DNA of 64,000 bases from Euprymna scolopes. Taxonomy: Eukaryota. Position 1 is the first letter of the stretch. Each line of letters starts with the position of its first letter. The stretch lies in assembly GCA_053919585.1 (NCBI GenBank), contig CM132787.1. One strand, 5' to 3'. The translations under genes were made by a program, and so were the position numbers. The notes under the pieces are model-generated. The model worked only from the letters and a program-made list of their open reading frames with translations, was not told the DNA's origin and searched no databases. Of this stretch, positions 49,601-64,000 are shown piece by piece.

Positions 49601-52600
49601 ACTCTTCTGTTTGTAACTTCATCAATAATGGTCGATCTATTGAAATAACTCTTCAGTTTGTAACTTCATCAATAATGGTTGATCTATTGAAATGAATCTT
49701 CAGTTTGTAACTTGATCAATAATGGTCGATCTATTGAAATGGCTCTTCGGTATGCAAATTGATCAACAATGGTCGATCTATTGAAATAACTCTTCAGTTT
49801 GTCACATTCATCAATAATGGTCGATCTATTGAAATGACTCTTCAGTTTGTAACTTCATCAATAATGGTCGATCTATTGAAATGACCCTTCAGTTTGCAAC
49901 TTCCGGTATAATGGTCGATCTATTGAAATGATTCTTAAGTGTGTAACTTCATCAATAACGGTCGATCTATTGAAATGACTATTCAGTTTGTAACTTCATC
50001 AACACCGGTCGATCTATTGAAATGACTCTTCAGTGTGTAACTTCACTAATAACGGTTGATCTATTGAAATGACTCTTCAGTTTGTAACTTCATCAATAAT
50101 GGTCGATCTATTGAAATGACTCTTCAGTGTGTAACTTTATCAATGACGGTCGATCTATTGAAATGACTCTTCAGTTTGTAACTTCATCAATAATGGTCGA
50201 TCTATTGAAAGGCTCTTCAGTTTGCAACATGATCCATAATGGTCGATCTATTGAAATGACTCTTCGGTTTGCATATTCATCAATAATGGTCGATCTATTG
50301 AAATGACTATTCAGTTTGTAACTTCATCAATAATGGTCGATCTATTGAAATGACTCTTCAGTGTGTAACTTCACCAATAATGGTCGATCTATTGAAATGA
50401 TTCTTCAGTTTGTAACTTCATAAATAACGGGTGATCTATTGAAATGACTCTTCAGTTTGCAACTTCCTAAATAATGGTCGATCTATTGAAATGACGCTTC
50501 AGTTTACAACTTCATCAATAAAGTCTGATCTATCGAAATGACTCTTCAGTTTGTAACTTCATCAATATTGGTCGATCTATGTAAATGACTCCTCAGTTTT
50601 AAACTTCATAAATAATAGCCGATTGATTGAAATGACCTTTCAGTTTGCAACTTCATCAATAAGTGTGGATTTATTGAAATGACTCTTCAGTTTACAACTC
50701 CATCACTAAAGGTCGATCTATCGAAATGACCCTTCAGTTTGCAACTTCATCAATAATAGTCGATCTATTGAAATGACTCTTCAGTTTGCAACTTCATCAA
50801 TAATGGCCGATCAATTGAAATAACTCTTCAGTATGCAACTTCATCAATAATGGTCGATCTATTGAAATTACTCTTCAGTTTATAACTTCATCAATAACGG
50901 TCGATCTATTGAAATTACTCTTCAGTGTACTACTTCATCAATAACGGTCGATCTATTGAAATCACTCTTCAGTTTTCAACTTCATCAATAAAGGTCGATC
51001 TATCGAAATGACTCTTCAGTTTGCAACTTAATCAATAATGGTCGATCTATTGAAATGACTCCTCAGTTTTCAACTTCATAAATAATAGCAGATGGATTAA
51101 AATTACTCTTCAGTTTGCAACTTATCAATAACGGTCGATCTATTGAAATAACTCTTCAGTTGGCAACTCCATCAATAATGGTCGATCTATTGAAATGACT
51201 CTTCAGTTTGAAACTTCATCAATAACGGTCGATCTATTGAAATGACTCTTAAGTTTGCAACTTCATCAATAATGGGTGATCTATTGAAATGACTCTTCAG
51301 TTTGCAACTTCATCAATAATGGTCGATCTATTGAAATGATTCTTCATTTTGCAACTTCATCAACATTGGTCGATCTATTGAAATGACTCTTCAGTTTGCA
51401 ACTTCATCAATAACGGTCGATCTATTGAAATGACTCTTCAGTTTGCAACTTCATCAATAACGGTCGATCTATTGAAATTACCCTTCAGTTTGTAACATCA
51501 TCTATAATGGTCGATGTATTGAAATGAGTCTTCAGTTTGTAACTTGATCAATAATGGTCGATCTATTGAAACGATTCTTCAGCTTGTAACTTAACTAATA
51601 ATGGTCAATCTATTGCAATCACTCTTCAGTTAGCAACTTCATCAATAACAGTCGATCTATTGAAATTATTCTTCAGTTTGTAACTTCATCAATAACGGTC
51701 GATCTATTGAAATTATTCTTCAGCTTGTAACTTTATAAATTATGGTCGATCTATTGAAATGATTCTTCAGCTTGTAACTTAATCAATAATGGTCGATCTA
51801 TTGAAATGATTCTTCAGCTTGTAAATTAATTTCTAATGGTCGATCTATTGAAATAGATCTGCAGCTTGTAACTTAATCAATAATGGTCGATCTATTGAAA
51901 TGATTCTTCAGCTTGCAACATTATCACTAACGGTCGATCTATTGAAATGATTCTTCAGCTTGTAACTTAATCAATAATGGTGTATCTATTGAAATGATAC
52001 TTCAGCTTGTAACTTAATAAATAATGGTCGATCTATTGAAATGATTCTTCAGCTTGTAACTTAATCAATAATGGTGTATCTATTGAAATGAGTCTTCAGC
52101 TTGTAACTTAATAAATAATAGTAGATCTAATGAAATTATTCTTCAGCTTGTAACTTAATCAACAATGGTCGATCTATTGAAATGAGTCTTCAGTTTGTAA
52201 CTTTACGTATAATGGTCGATCTATTAAATGATTCTTCGGTTTGTAACTTAATCAATAATGCTCGATCTAATGAAATGACCCTTCAGTTTGCAACTTCATG
52301 AATAATGGTCGATCTATTGAAATGACTCTTCAGTGTGTAACTACATCAATAACGGTCGATCTATTGAAATGACTCTTCAGTTTGTAACTTCATCAACAAT
52401 GGTCGATCTATTGAAATGACTCTTCAGTTTGCAACTTCATCAATAATGATCGATCTATTGAAATGATTTTCAGTTTGCAACTTCATCAATAATGGTCGAT
52501 CTATTGAAATGACTCTTCAGTTTGCAACTTAATCAATAATGGTCGATCTATTGAAATGACTCTTCAGTTTGTAACTTCATCAATAACGGTGGATCTATTG

Positions 52601-55600
52601 AAATGACTCTTCAGTTTGCAACTTCATCTAAAATGGTCGATCTATTGAAATGATTATTCAGCTTGTAACTTCATCAATAATGGTCGATCTATTGAAATGA
52701 TTCTTCAGCTTGTAACTTAATCAATAATGGTCGATCTATTGAAATAATTCTGCAGCTTGTAACTTCATCAATAATGGTCGATCTATTGAAATGATTCTTC
52801 AGCTTGCAACCTTATCACTAACGGTCGATCTATTAAAATGATTCTTCAGCTTGTAACTTAATCAATAATGGTGTATCTATTGAAATGATACTTCAGCTTG
52901 TAACTTAATAAATAATGGTCGATCTAATGAAATATTCTTAACCTTGTAACTTAATCAACAATGGTCGATCTATTTAAATGAGTCTTCAGTTTGTAACTTA
53001 ACGTGTAATGGTCGATCTATTAAATGATTCTTCGGTTTGTAACTTAATCAATAATGGTCGATCTATTGAAATGACTCTTCAGTTTGCAACTTCATCAATA
53101 ATGGTCGATCTATTGAAATGACTCTTCAGTTTGCAACTTCATCAATAATGGTCGATCTATTGAAATAACTCTTCAGTTTGCAACTTAATCAATAATGGTC
53201 GATCTATTGAAATGACTCTTCAGTTTGCAACTTCATCAATAATGGTCGATCTATTGAAATGACTCTTCAGTTTGCAACTTCATCAATAATGGTCGATCTA
53301 TTGAAATAACTCTTCAGTTTGTCACATTCATCAATAATGGTCGATCTATTGAAATGACTCTTCAGTTTGTAACTTCATCTATAATGGTCGATCTATTGAA
53401 ATGACCCTTCAGTTTGCAACTTCCGGAATAATGGTCGATCTATTGAAATGATTCTTCAGTGTGTAACTTCATCAATAACGGTCGATCTATTGAAATGACT
53501 CTTCAGTTTGTAACTTCATCAACACCGGTCGATCTATTGAAATGACTCTTCAGTGTGTAACTTCACTAATAACGGTTGATCTATTGAAATGACTCTTCAG
53601 TTTGTAACTTCATCAATAATGGTCGATCTATTGAAATGACTCTTCAGTGTGTAACTTTATCAATGACGGTCGATCTATTAAAATGACTCTTCAGTTTGTA
53701 ACTTCATCAATAATGGTCGATCTATTGAAAGGCTCTTCAGTTTGCAACATGATCCATAATGGTCGATCTATTGAAATGACTCTTCGGTTTGCATATTCAT
53801 CAATAATGGTCGATCTATTGAAATGACTATTCAGTTTGTAACTTCATCAATAATGGTCGATCTATTGAAATGACTCTTCAGTGTGTAACTTCACCAATAA
53901 TGGTCGATCTATTGAAATGATTCTTCAGTTTGTAACTTCATAAATAACGGGTGATCTATTGAAATGACTCTTCAGTTTGCAACTTCCTAAATAATGGTCG
54001 ATCTATTGAAATGACGCTTCAGTTTACAACTTCATCAATAAAGTCTGATCTATCGAAATGACTCTTCAGTTTGTAACTTCATCAATATTGGTCGATCTAT
54101 GTAAATGACTCCTCAGTTTTCAACTTCATAAATAATAGCCGATTGATTGAAATGACTCTTCAGTTTGCAACTTCATCAATAAGTGTGGATTTATTGAAAT
54201 GACTCTTCAGTTTACAACTCCATCACTAAAGGTCGATCTATCGAAATGACCCTTCAGTTTGCAACTTCATCAATAATAGTCGATCTATTGAAATGACTCT
54301 TCAGTTTGCAACTCCATCAATAATGGCCGATCAATTGAAATAACTCTTCAGTATGCAACTTCATAAATAATGGTCGATCTATTGAAATGACTCTTCAGTT
54401 TATAACTTCATCAATAACGGTCGATCTATTGAAATTACTCTTCAGTGTACTACTTCATCAATAACGGTCGATCTATTGAAATCACTCTTCAGTTTTCAAC
54501 TTCATCAATAAAGGTCGATCTATCGAAATGACTCTTCAGTTTGCAACTTAATCAATAATGGTCGATCTATTGAAATGACTCCTCAGTTTTCAACTTTATA
54601 AATAATAGCAGATGGATTAAAATTACTCTTCAGTTTGCAACTTATCAATAACGGTCGATCTATTGAAATAACTCTTCAGTTTGCAACTCCATCAATAATG
54701 GTCGATCTATTGAAATGACTCTTCAGTTTGAAACTTCATCAATAACGGTCGATCTATTGAAATGACTCTTAAGTTTGCAACTTCATCAATAATGGTTGAT
54801 CTATTGAAATGACTCTTCAGTTTGCAACTACATCAATAATGGTCGATCTATTGAAATGATTCTTCATTTTGCAACTTCATCAACATTGGTCGATCTATTG
54901 AAATGACTCTTCAGTTTGCAACTTCATCAATAACGGTCGATCTATTGAAATGACTCTTCAGTTTGCAACTTCATCAATAACGGTCGATCTATTGAAATTA
55001 CCCTTCAGTTTGCAACATCATCTATAATGGTCGATGTATTGAAATGAGTCTTCAGTTTGTAACTTGATCAATAATGGTCGATCTATTGAAACGATTCTTC
55101 AGCTTGTAACTTAATTAATAATGGTCAATCTATTGCAATCACTCTTCAGTTAGCAACTTCATCAATAACAGTCGATCTATTGAAATGATTCTTCAGTTTG
55201 TAACTTCATCAATAACGGTCGATCTATTGAAATTATTCTTCAGCTTGTAACTTTATAAATTATGGTCGATCTATTGAAATGATTCTTCAGCTTGTAACTT
55301 AATCAATAGTGGTCGAGCTATTGAAATGATTCTTCAGCTTGTAAATTAATTTCTAATGGTCGATCTATTGAAATAGATCTGCAGCTTGTAACTTAATCAA
55401 TAATGGTCGATCTATTGAAATGATTCTTCAGCTTGCAACATTATCACTAACGGTCGATCTATTGAAATGATTCTTCAGCTTGTAACTTAATCAATAATGG
55501 TGTATCTATTGAAATGATACTTCAGCTTGTAACTTAATAAATAATGGTCGATCTATTGAAATGATTCTTCAGCTTGTAACTTAATCAATAATGGTGTATC

Positions 55601-58600
55601 TATTGAAATGAGTCTTCAGCTTGTAACTTAATAAATAATAGTCGATCTAATGAAATTATTCTTCAGCTTGTAACTTAATCAACAATGGTCGATCTATTGA
55701 AATGAGTCTTCAGTTTGTAACTTTACGTATAATGGTCGATCTATTAAATGATTCTTCGGTTTGTAACTTAATCAATAATGCTCGATCTATTGAAATGACC
55801 CTTCAGTTTGCAACTTCATGAATAATGGTCGATCTATTGAAATGACTCTTCAGTGTGTAACTTCATCAATAACGGTCGATCTATTGAAATGACTCTTCAG
55901 TTTGTAACTTCATCAACAATGGTCGATCTATTGAAATGACTCTTCAGTTTGCAACTTCATCAATAATGATCGATCTATTGAAATGATTTTCAGTTTGCAA
56001 CTTCATCAATAATGGTCGATCTATTGAAATGACTCTTCAGTTTGCAACTTAATCAATAATGGTCGATCTATTGAAATGACTCTTCAGTTTGTAACTTCAT
56101 CAATAACGGTGGATCTATTGAAATGACTCTTCAGTTTGCAACTTCATCTAAAATGGTCGATCTATTGAAATGATTATTCAGCTTGTAACTTAATCAATAA
56201 TGGTCGATCTATTGAAATGATTCTTCAGCTTGTAACTTAATCAATAATGGTCGATCTATTGAAATAATTCTGCAGCTTGTAACTTTATCAATAATGGTCG
56301 ATCTATTGAAATGATTCTTCAGCTTGCAACCTTATCACTAACGGTCGATCTATTAAAATGATTCTTCAGCTTGTAACTTAATCAATAATGGTGTATCTAT
56401 TGAAATGATACTTCAGCTTGTAACTTAATAAATAATGGTCGATCTAATGAAATATTCTTAACCTTGTAACTAAATCAACAATGGTCGATCTATTTAAATG
56501 AGTCTTCAATTTGTAACTTAACGTGTAATGGTCGATCTATTAAATGATTCTTCGGTTTGTAACTTAATCAATAATAGTCGATCTATTGAAATGACTCTTC
56601 AGTTTGCAACTTCATCAATAATGGTCGATCTATATTAATGACTCTTCAGTTTGCAACTTCATCAATAATGGTCGATCTATTGAAATGACTCTTCAGTTTG
56701 CAACTTCATCAATAATGGTCGATCTATTGAAATGACTCTTCAGTTTGCAACTTCATAAATAATGGTCGATCTATTGAAATGACTCTTCAGTTTGCAACTT
56801 CATCAATAATGGTCGATCTATTGAAATGACTCTTCAGTTTGCAACTTCATCAATAACGGTCGATCTATTGAAATGACTCTTCAGTTTGCAACTTCATAAA
56901 TAATGGTCGGTCTGTTGAAATGACTCTTCAGTTTGCAACTTAATCAATAACGGTCGATCTAGCGAAATGAGTCTTCAGTTTGCAACTTCATCAATAATGG
57001 TCGATCTATTGAAATGACTCTTCGGTTTGTAACTTGATCAAAAATGGTCGATCTATTGAAATGGCTCTTCGGTTTTCAACTTGATCAATAATGGTCGATC
57101 TATTGAAATGACTCTTCAGTTTGCAACTTCATCAATAATGGTCGATCTATTTAAATGACTCTTCAGTTTGTAACTTCATCAATAATGGTCGATATATTGA
57201 AATGACCCTTTAGTTTGCAACTTCATGAATAATGGTCGATCTCTTGAAATGACTTTTCAGTCTGTAACTTCATCAATAATGGTCGATCTTTTGAAATGAC
57301 TCTTCAGTTTATAACTTCATCAACAATGGTCGATCTATTGAAATGACTCTTCAGTTTGCAACTTCATCAATAATGATCGATCTATTGAAATGATTTTCAG
57401 TTTGCAACTTCATCAATAATGGTCGATCTATTGAAATGACTCTTCAGTTTGCAACCTCATCAATAATGGTCGATCTATTGAAAGAACTCTTCAGTTTGCA
57501 ACTTCATCTATAGTGGTCGATCTATTGAAATGATTCTTCGGTTTGCAACTTCATCAATAACGGTCGATCTATTGAAATGACTCTTCATGTTGCAACTTAA
57601 TCAATAATGGTCGATCTATTGAAATGACTCTTCAGTTTGCAACTTCATGAATAATGGTGGATCTATTGAAATGACTCTTCAGTTTGCAACTTCATTTATA
57701 ATGGTCGATCTATTGAAATGACTCTTCAGTGGGTAACTTCACTAATAACGGTCGATCTATTGAAATGACTCTTCAGTTTGTAACTTCATCAATAATGGTC
57801 GATCTATTGAAATGACTCTTCAGTGTGTAACTTTATCAATGACGGTCGATCTATTGAAATGACTCTTCAGTTTGTAACTTAATCAATAATGTCGATCTAT
57901 TGAAATGATTCTTCTGTTTGTAACTTCATCAATAATGGTCGATCTATTGAAATTAGTCTTCTGTTTGCAAATTCATCAATAATGGTCGATCTATTGAAAT
58001 GACTCTTCAGTTTGTAACTTAATCAATAATGGTCGATCTATGGAAGTTATTCTTCAGTTTGCAACTTCATCAATAATGGTCGATCTATTGAAATTACTCT
58101 TCAGTTTGAAACCTAATCAATAATGGTCGATCTATTGACATGACTCTTCAGTTTGCAAATTCATCAATAATAGTCGATCTATTGAAATGACTCTTCAGTT
58201 AGTAACTTCATCAATAATGGTCGATCTATTGAAATGACTCTTCAGTTTCCAACTTAATCAATAAGGGTCGATCTATTGAAATGATTCTTCAGTTTGCAAC
58301 TTCATCAATAATGGTCGATCTATTGAAATGACTCTTCAGTTTTCAACTTCATCAATAATGGTCGATCTATTGAAATTACTCTTCAGTTTGCAACTTCATC
58401 AATAATGGTCGATCTATTGAAATGACTGTTCGGTATGCAACTTACTCAATAATGGTCGATCTATTGAAATGAATCTACACTGTGCAACTTCATCAATAAT
58501 GGTCGATCTATTGAAATGACTCTTCAGTTTGCAACTTGATGAATAATGGTCGATCTATTGAAATAACTCTTCGGTTTGCAACTTCATCAATAATGGTCAA

Positions 58601-61600
58601 TCTATTGAAATGACTCTTCAGTTTGTAACTTCATCAATAACGGTCGATCTATTGAAATGACTCTTCGGTTTGTAACTTCATCAATAACGGTCGATCTATT
58701 GAAATGATTCTTCAGTTTGTAACTTCATCAATAACGGTGGATCTATTGAAATGACTCTTCAGTTTGCAACTTCATAAATAATGGTCGATCTATTGAAATG
58801 ACTCTTCAGTTTGCAACTTCATCAATAATGGTTGATCTATTGAAATGACTCTTCAGTTTGCAACTTCATCAATAATGGTCGATCTATTGAAATGATTCTT
58901 CAGCTTGTAACTTAATCAATAATGGTCGATCTAATGAAATGATTCTTCAGGTTGTAACTTAATCAATAATGGTCGATCTATTGAAATGATTCTTCAGCTT
59001 GTTACTTAATCAATAATGGTCGATCTAATGAAACGATTCTTCAGGTTGTAACTTAATCAATAATGGTCGATCTATTGAAATGGTTCTTCAGCTTGCAATC
59101 TTACCAATAACGGTCGATCTTTTGAAATGATTCTTCAGCTTGTAACTTAATCAATAATGGTCGATCTATTGAAATGATTCTTCAGCTTGTAACTTAATCA
59201 ATAATGGTCGATCTAATGAAATGATTCTTCAGGTTGTAACTTTATCAATAATGGTCGATCTATTGAAATGAGTCTTCAGTTTGTAACTTAACGTATAATG
59301 GTCGATCTATGTAATGATTCTTCGGTGTGTAACTTAATCAACAATGGTCGATCTATTGAAATGACTCTTCAGTTTGCAACTTAATCAATACCGGTCGATC
59401 TATTGAAATGATTCTTCAGTTTGATACTTCATCAATAATGGTCGATCGATAGAAATGACTCTTCAGTTTGAAACTTCATCAATAACGGTCGATCTATTGC
59501 GATGATACTTCAGCTTGTAACTTGATCAATAATGGTCGATCTATTGAAATGATTTTTCGGTTTGTAACTAAATCAATAACGGTCGATCTATTGAAATGAC
59601 TATTCAGTTTGCACCCTCATCAATAACGGTCGATCTATTGAAATGATTCTTAAGTTTGTAACTTCATCAAAAATGGTCGATTTATTGAAATGACTATTCA
59701 GCTTGTAACTTCATCAATAATTGTCGATCTATTGAAATGACTCTTCAGTTTGCAACTTCATCAATAACAGTCGATCTATTGAAATGATTCTCCGGTTTGT
59801 ACATTCATCAATAACGGTCGATCTATTGAAATTATTCAAGTTTGCAACATAATCTATAATGGTCGATGTACTGAAATGAGTCTCCATTTTGTTACTTGAT
59901 CAATAATGGTCGATCTATTGAAATGATTCTTCAGCTTGTAACTTAATCAATAATGGTCAATCTATTGAAATGACTCTTCAGTTAGCAACTTCATCAATAA
60001 CAGTCGATCTATTAAAATTATTCTTCAGCTTGTAACTTAATCAATACTGGTGTATCTTTTGAAATGATTCTTCAGCGTGTAACTTAATCAATAATGGTCG
60101 ATCTATTGAAATGATTCTTTAGTTTGTAAATTAATTTATAATGGTCGATCTATTGAAATAATTCTGCAGCTTGTAACTTAATCAATAATGATCGATCAAT
60201 TGAAATGGTTCTTCAGCTTGCAACCTTACCAATAACGGTCGATCTATTGAAATGATACTTCAGCTTGTAACTTAATCAATAATGGTCAATCTATTGAAAT
60301 GATTCTTCAGCTTGTAACTTAATAAATAATGGTCGATCTAATGAAATGATTCTTCAGGTTGTAACTTAATCAATAATGGTCGATCTATTGAAATGAGTCT
60401 TCAGTTTGTAACTTAACGTATAATGGTCGATCTATGTAATGATTCTTCGGTGTGTAACTTAATCAACAATGGTCGATCTATTGAAATGACTCTTCAGTTT
60501 GCAACTTAATCAATACCGGTCGATCTATTGAAATGATTCTTCAGTTTGTAACTTCATCAATAATGGTCGATCGATAGAAATGACTCTTCAGTTTGAAACT
60601 TCATCAATAACGGTCGATCTATTAAGATGATACTTCAGCTTGTAACTTGATCAATAATGGTCGATCTATTGAAATGATTTTTCGGTTTGTATCTAAATCA
60701 ATAACGGTCGATCTATTGAAATGACTCTTCAGTTTGCACCCTCATCAATAACGGTCGATCTATTGAAATGATTTTTAAGTTTGTAACTTCATCAATAATG
60801 GTCGATTTATTGAAATGACTATTCAGCTTGTAACTTCATCAATAATTGTCGATCTATTGAAATGACTATTCAGTTTGCAACTTCATCAATAATGGTCGAT
60901 CTATTGAAATGACTCTTCAGTTTGAAACTTCATCAATAACGGTCGATCTATTGCGATGATACTTCAGCTTGTAACTTGATCAATAATGGTCGATCTATTG
61001 AAATGATTTTTCGGTTTTTAACTAAATCAATAACGGTCGATCTATTGAAATGACTCTTCAGTTTGCACCCTCATCAATAACGGTCGATCTATTGAAATGA
61101 TTCTTAAGTTTATAACTTCATCAATAATGGTCGATTTATTGAAATGACTATTCAGCTTTTAACTTCATCAATAATTGTCGATCTATTGAAATGACTCTTC
61201 AGTTTGCAACTTCATCAATAACGGTCGATCTATTGAAATGATTCTTCGGTTTGTACATTCATCAATAATGGTCGATCTATTGAAATGATTCTTTGGTTTG
61301 TAACTTCATCAATAATGGTCGATCTATTGAAATGACACGTCGGTTTGTTAGTGCATCAATAATGGTCGATCTATTGAAATGATTCTTCAGTTTGCAACTT
61401 TATCAATAACGGTCGATCTATTGAAATGACCCTTCAGTGTGCAACATCATCTATAATTTCGATCTATTAAAATGAGTCTTCATTTTGTAACTTAATCAAT
61501 AATGGTCGATCTATTGAAATGATTCTTTCAGCTTGTAACTTAATCAATAATGGTCGATCTATTGAAATGATTCTTCAGCTTGTTACTTAATCAATAATGG

Positions 61601-64000
61601 TCGATCTATTGAAATGAGTCTTCGGTTTATAACTTTATCAACAATGGTCGATCTATTGACATGACTTTTTAGTTTGCAACTTCCTCAATCACGGTCGATC
61701 AATTGGGATTATTCTTAAGTTTGTAACTTGATCAATAATGGTCGATCTATTGAAATAATTCTTCGGTTTTTTGAGCTTCATTAATTATGGTGGATCTATT
61801 GAAATGACTCTTCAGTGTGTAACTTCATCAATAATGGTCGATCTATTGAAAGGACTTTGTAGTTGGCAACATCATCTATAATGGTCGATCTTTTGAAATG
61901 ACTCTTCAGTTTGTAACTTCATCAATAATGGTCGATCTAATGAAATTATTCTTCAGCTTGTTTGTTTATCAATAATGGTCGATCTATTGAAATGATTCTT
62001 CAGCTTGTAACTTAATCAATAATGGTCGATCTATTGAAATGATTCTTCCGCTTGTATCTTAATAAATCATTGTTGATATATAAAAATTATTCTTCAGCTT
62101 GTAACTTGATCAATAATGGTCGATTTATTGAAATGATTCTTCGGTGTGTAACTTCATCAATAATGGTCGATCTATTGAAATTACACTTCAGTTTGTAACT
62201 TCATCAATAACGGTCGATCTATTGAAATGACTCTTCAGTTAGTAACTTTATCAATAATGGTCGATCTATTGAAATAGTTCTTCAGTTTTTAACTTCATCA
62301 ATAATGGTCGATCTATTGATATGATTCTTCAGCGTGTAACTTCATCAATAATGGTTGATCTATTGAAATGACTCTTCGGTTTGCAACTTCATCAATAATG
62401 GTTGATCTATTGAAATGACTCTTCGGTTTGTAACTTCATCAATAATAGTCGATCTATTGAAATGACCCTTCAGTTTGTAACTTCATCAAAAATGGTCGAT
62501 CTATTGAAATGACTCTTCAGTTTGTAACTTCATCAATAATGGTCGATCTATTGAAATGACCCATCGGTTTGTAACTTAATCAATATTGGTCGATATATGT
62601 AAATGTCACTTTAGTAAGTGACTTTATCAATAATGGTCGATCTATTGAAATGACTCTTCAGTTTGTAAATTCATCAATAATGGTCGATCTATTGAAATGA
62701 CTCTTCAGTTTGTAAGTTCATCAATAATGGTCGATCTATTTAAATGACTCTTCAGTTTGTAACTTCATCAATAATGGTCGATCTATTGAAATGAGTCTTC
62801 AGTTTGTAACTTAATCAATAAGGGTCGATCTATTGAAATGACTCTTAAGTTTGTAACTTCATCAATAATGGTCGATCTATTGAAATTACCCATCGGTTTG
62901 TAACTTAATCAATAATAGTCGATCTATCGAAATGACACTTCAGTTTGCAACTTCATTAATAATGGTCGATCTATTGATATGACTCTTCAGTTTCTAACTT
63001 ACATCAATAATGGTCCATCTATTCATATGATTCTTCAGGTTGCAACTTCATCAATAACGGTCGATCTATTGAAATGACTCTTCAGTTTGTAACTTCATCA
63101 ATAATGGTCGATCTATTGAAATGACTCTTCAGTTTGCCACTTCATCAATAATGATCTATCTATTGAAATGATTCTTCAGTTTGCAACTCCATCAATAACG
63201 GTCGATCTATTGAAATGACTCTTCAGTTTGTAACTTCATCAATAATGGTCGATCTATTGAAATGACTCTTCCGTTGGCAACTTCATCAATAATGGTCGAT
63301 CTATTAGAATGACTCTTCAGTTTGCAACTTCATCAATAATGGTCGATCTATTGAAATGACTCTTCAGTTTGCAACCTTATCAATAATGGTCGATCTATTG
63401 AAATGACTCTTCAGTTTGCAACTTCATCAATTATGGTGGATCTATTGAAATGACTCTTCGGTTTGCTACTTCATCAATAATGGTCGATCTATTAAAATTA
63501 CTCTTCAGTTTACAACTTCATCAATAATGGTCGATCTATTGAATTACTCTTCGGTATGCAACTTCATCAATAATGGTCGATCTATTGAAATGACTCTTCA
63601 GTTTGCAACTTCATCAATAATGGTCGATCTATTGCAATGACTCTTCAGTTAGCAACTTCATCAATAATGGTCGATCTATTGAAATGACTCTTCGGTTTGC
63701 AACTTCATCAATAATGGTCGATCTATTGAAATGACTATTCAGTTTGTAACTTCATCAATAATGGTCGATCTATTGAAATGACTCTTCAGTTTGTAACTTA
63801 ATCAAAAATGGTCGATCTATTAAAATGACTCTTCAGTTTTTAACTTCATCAATAATGGTCGATCTATTGAAATGACCCATCGGTTTGTAACTTAATCAAT
63901 AATAGTCGATATATTGAAATGACACTTCAGTAAGAAACTTTATAAATAATGGTCGATCTATTGAAATGACTCTTCAGTTTGTAACTTTATCAATAATGGT
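43689..64000. repeat. 47-bp tandem satellite, about 430 units, continuing beyond the window
   Basis: Consensus AATAATGGTCGATCTATTGAAATGACTCTTCAGTTTG(C/T)AACTTCATC, head-to-tail with no spacers. Rare 1-2 bp indels. The unit length is not a multiple of 3. Confidence 0.99.

Noticed and set aside
43689-64000. CRISPR array or coding repeat
   Set aside because: Units are contiguous with no unique spacers, there are no cas genes, and the context is eukaryotic. The 47-bp unit is not a multiple of 3 and the ORF track is empty here.
1-64000. Species assignment (the repeat landscape recalls octopod genomes)
   Set aside because: No diagnostic gene is present. It would need a BLAST search to establish.

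Overview
This is AT-rich, repeat-dense eukaryotic (invertebrate animal) DNA from a gapped draft scaffold with five N-gaps. I recognise no intact protein-coding gene, and most ORF-track entries are microsatellite or antisense artefacts. Positions 1-43.7 kb are a nest of decayed mobile elements: a Gypsy LTR retrotransposon with both LTRs and a tRNA-Ser-type PBS (1315-6387), a Penelope-like (GIY-YIG) element, two RTE/BovB-type LINEs in opposite orientation, two CR1-type LINE 3' fragments, four Tc1/mariner relics, a TIR-bounded non-autonomous element, a 5S-rRNA-derived SINE, and at least 12 copies of one non-autonomous Helitron family, several joined head-to-tail. Positions 43.7-64 kb are a single 47-bp tandem satellite (about 430 units, running off the end of the window) with nested higher-order duplications. 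The most unusual signal is a set of self-cleaving ribozyme motifs: four clear type I hammerheads (three enclosed by or next to 29-44 bp inverted repeats), one degenerate hammerhead behind a tRNA B-box, and a degenerate HDV-like fold at the 5' end of the full-length RTE. There is weak evidence for two minus-strand exons of a host gene at about 10.3-10.7 kb and 14.7-15.0 kb. All coordinates, translations and pairings were read by eye.
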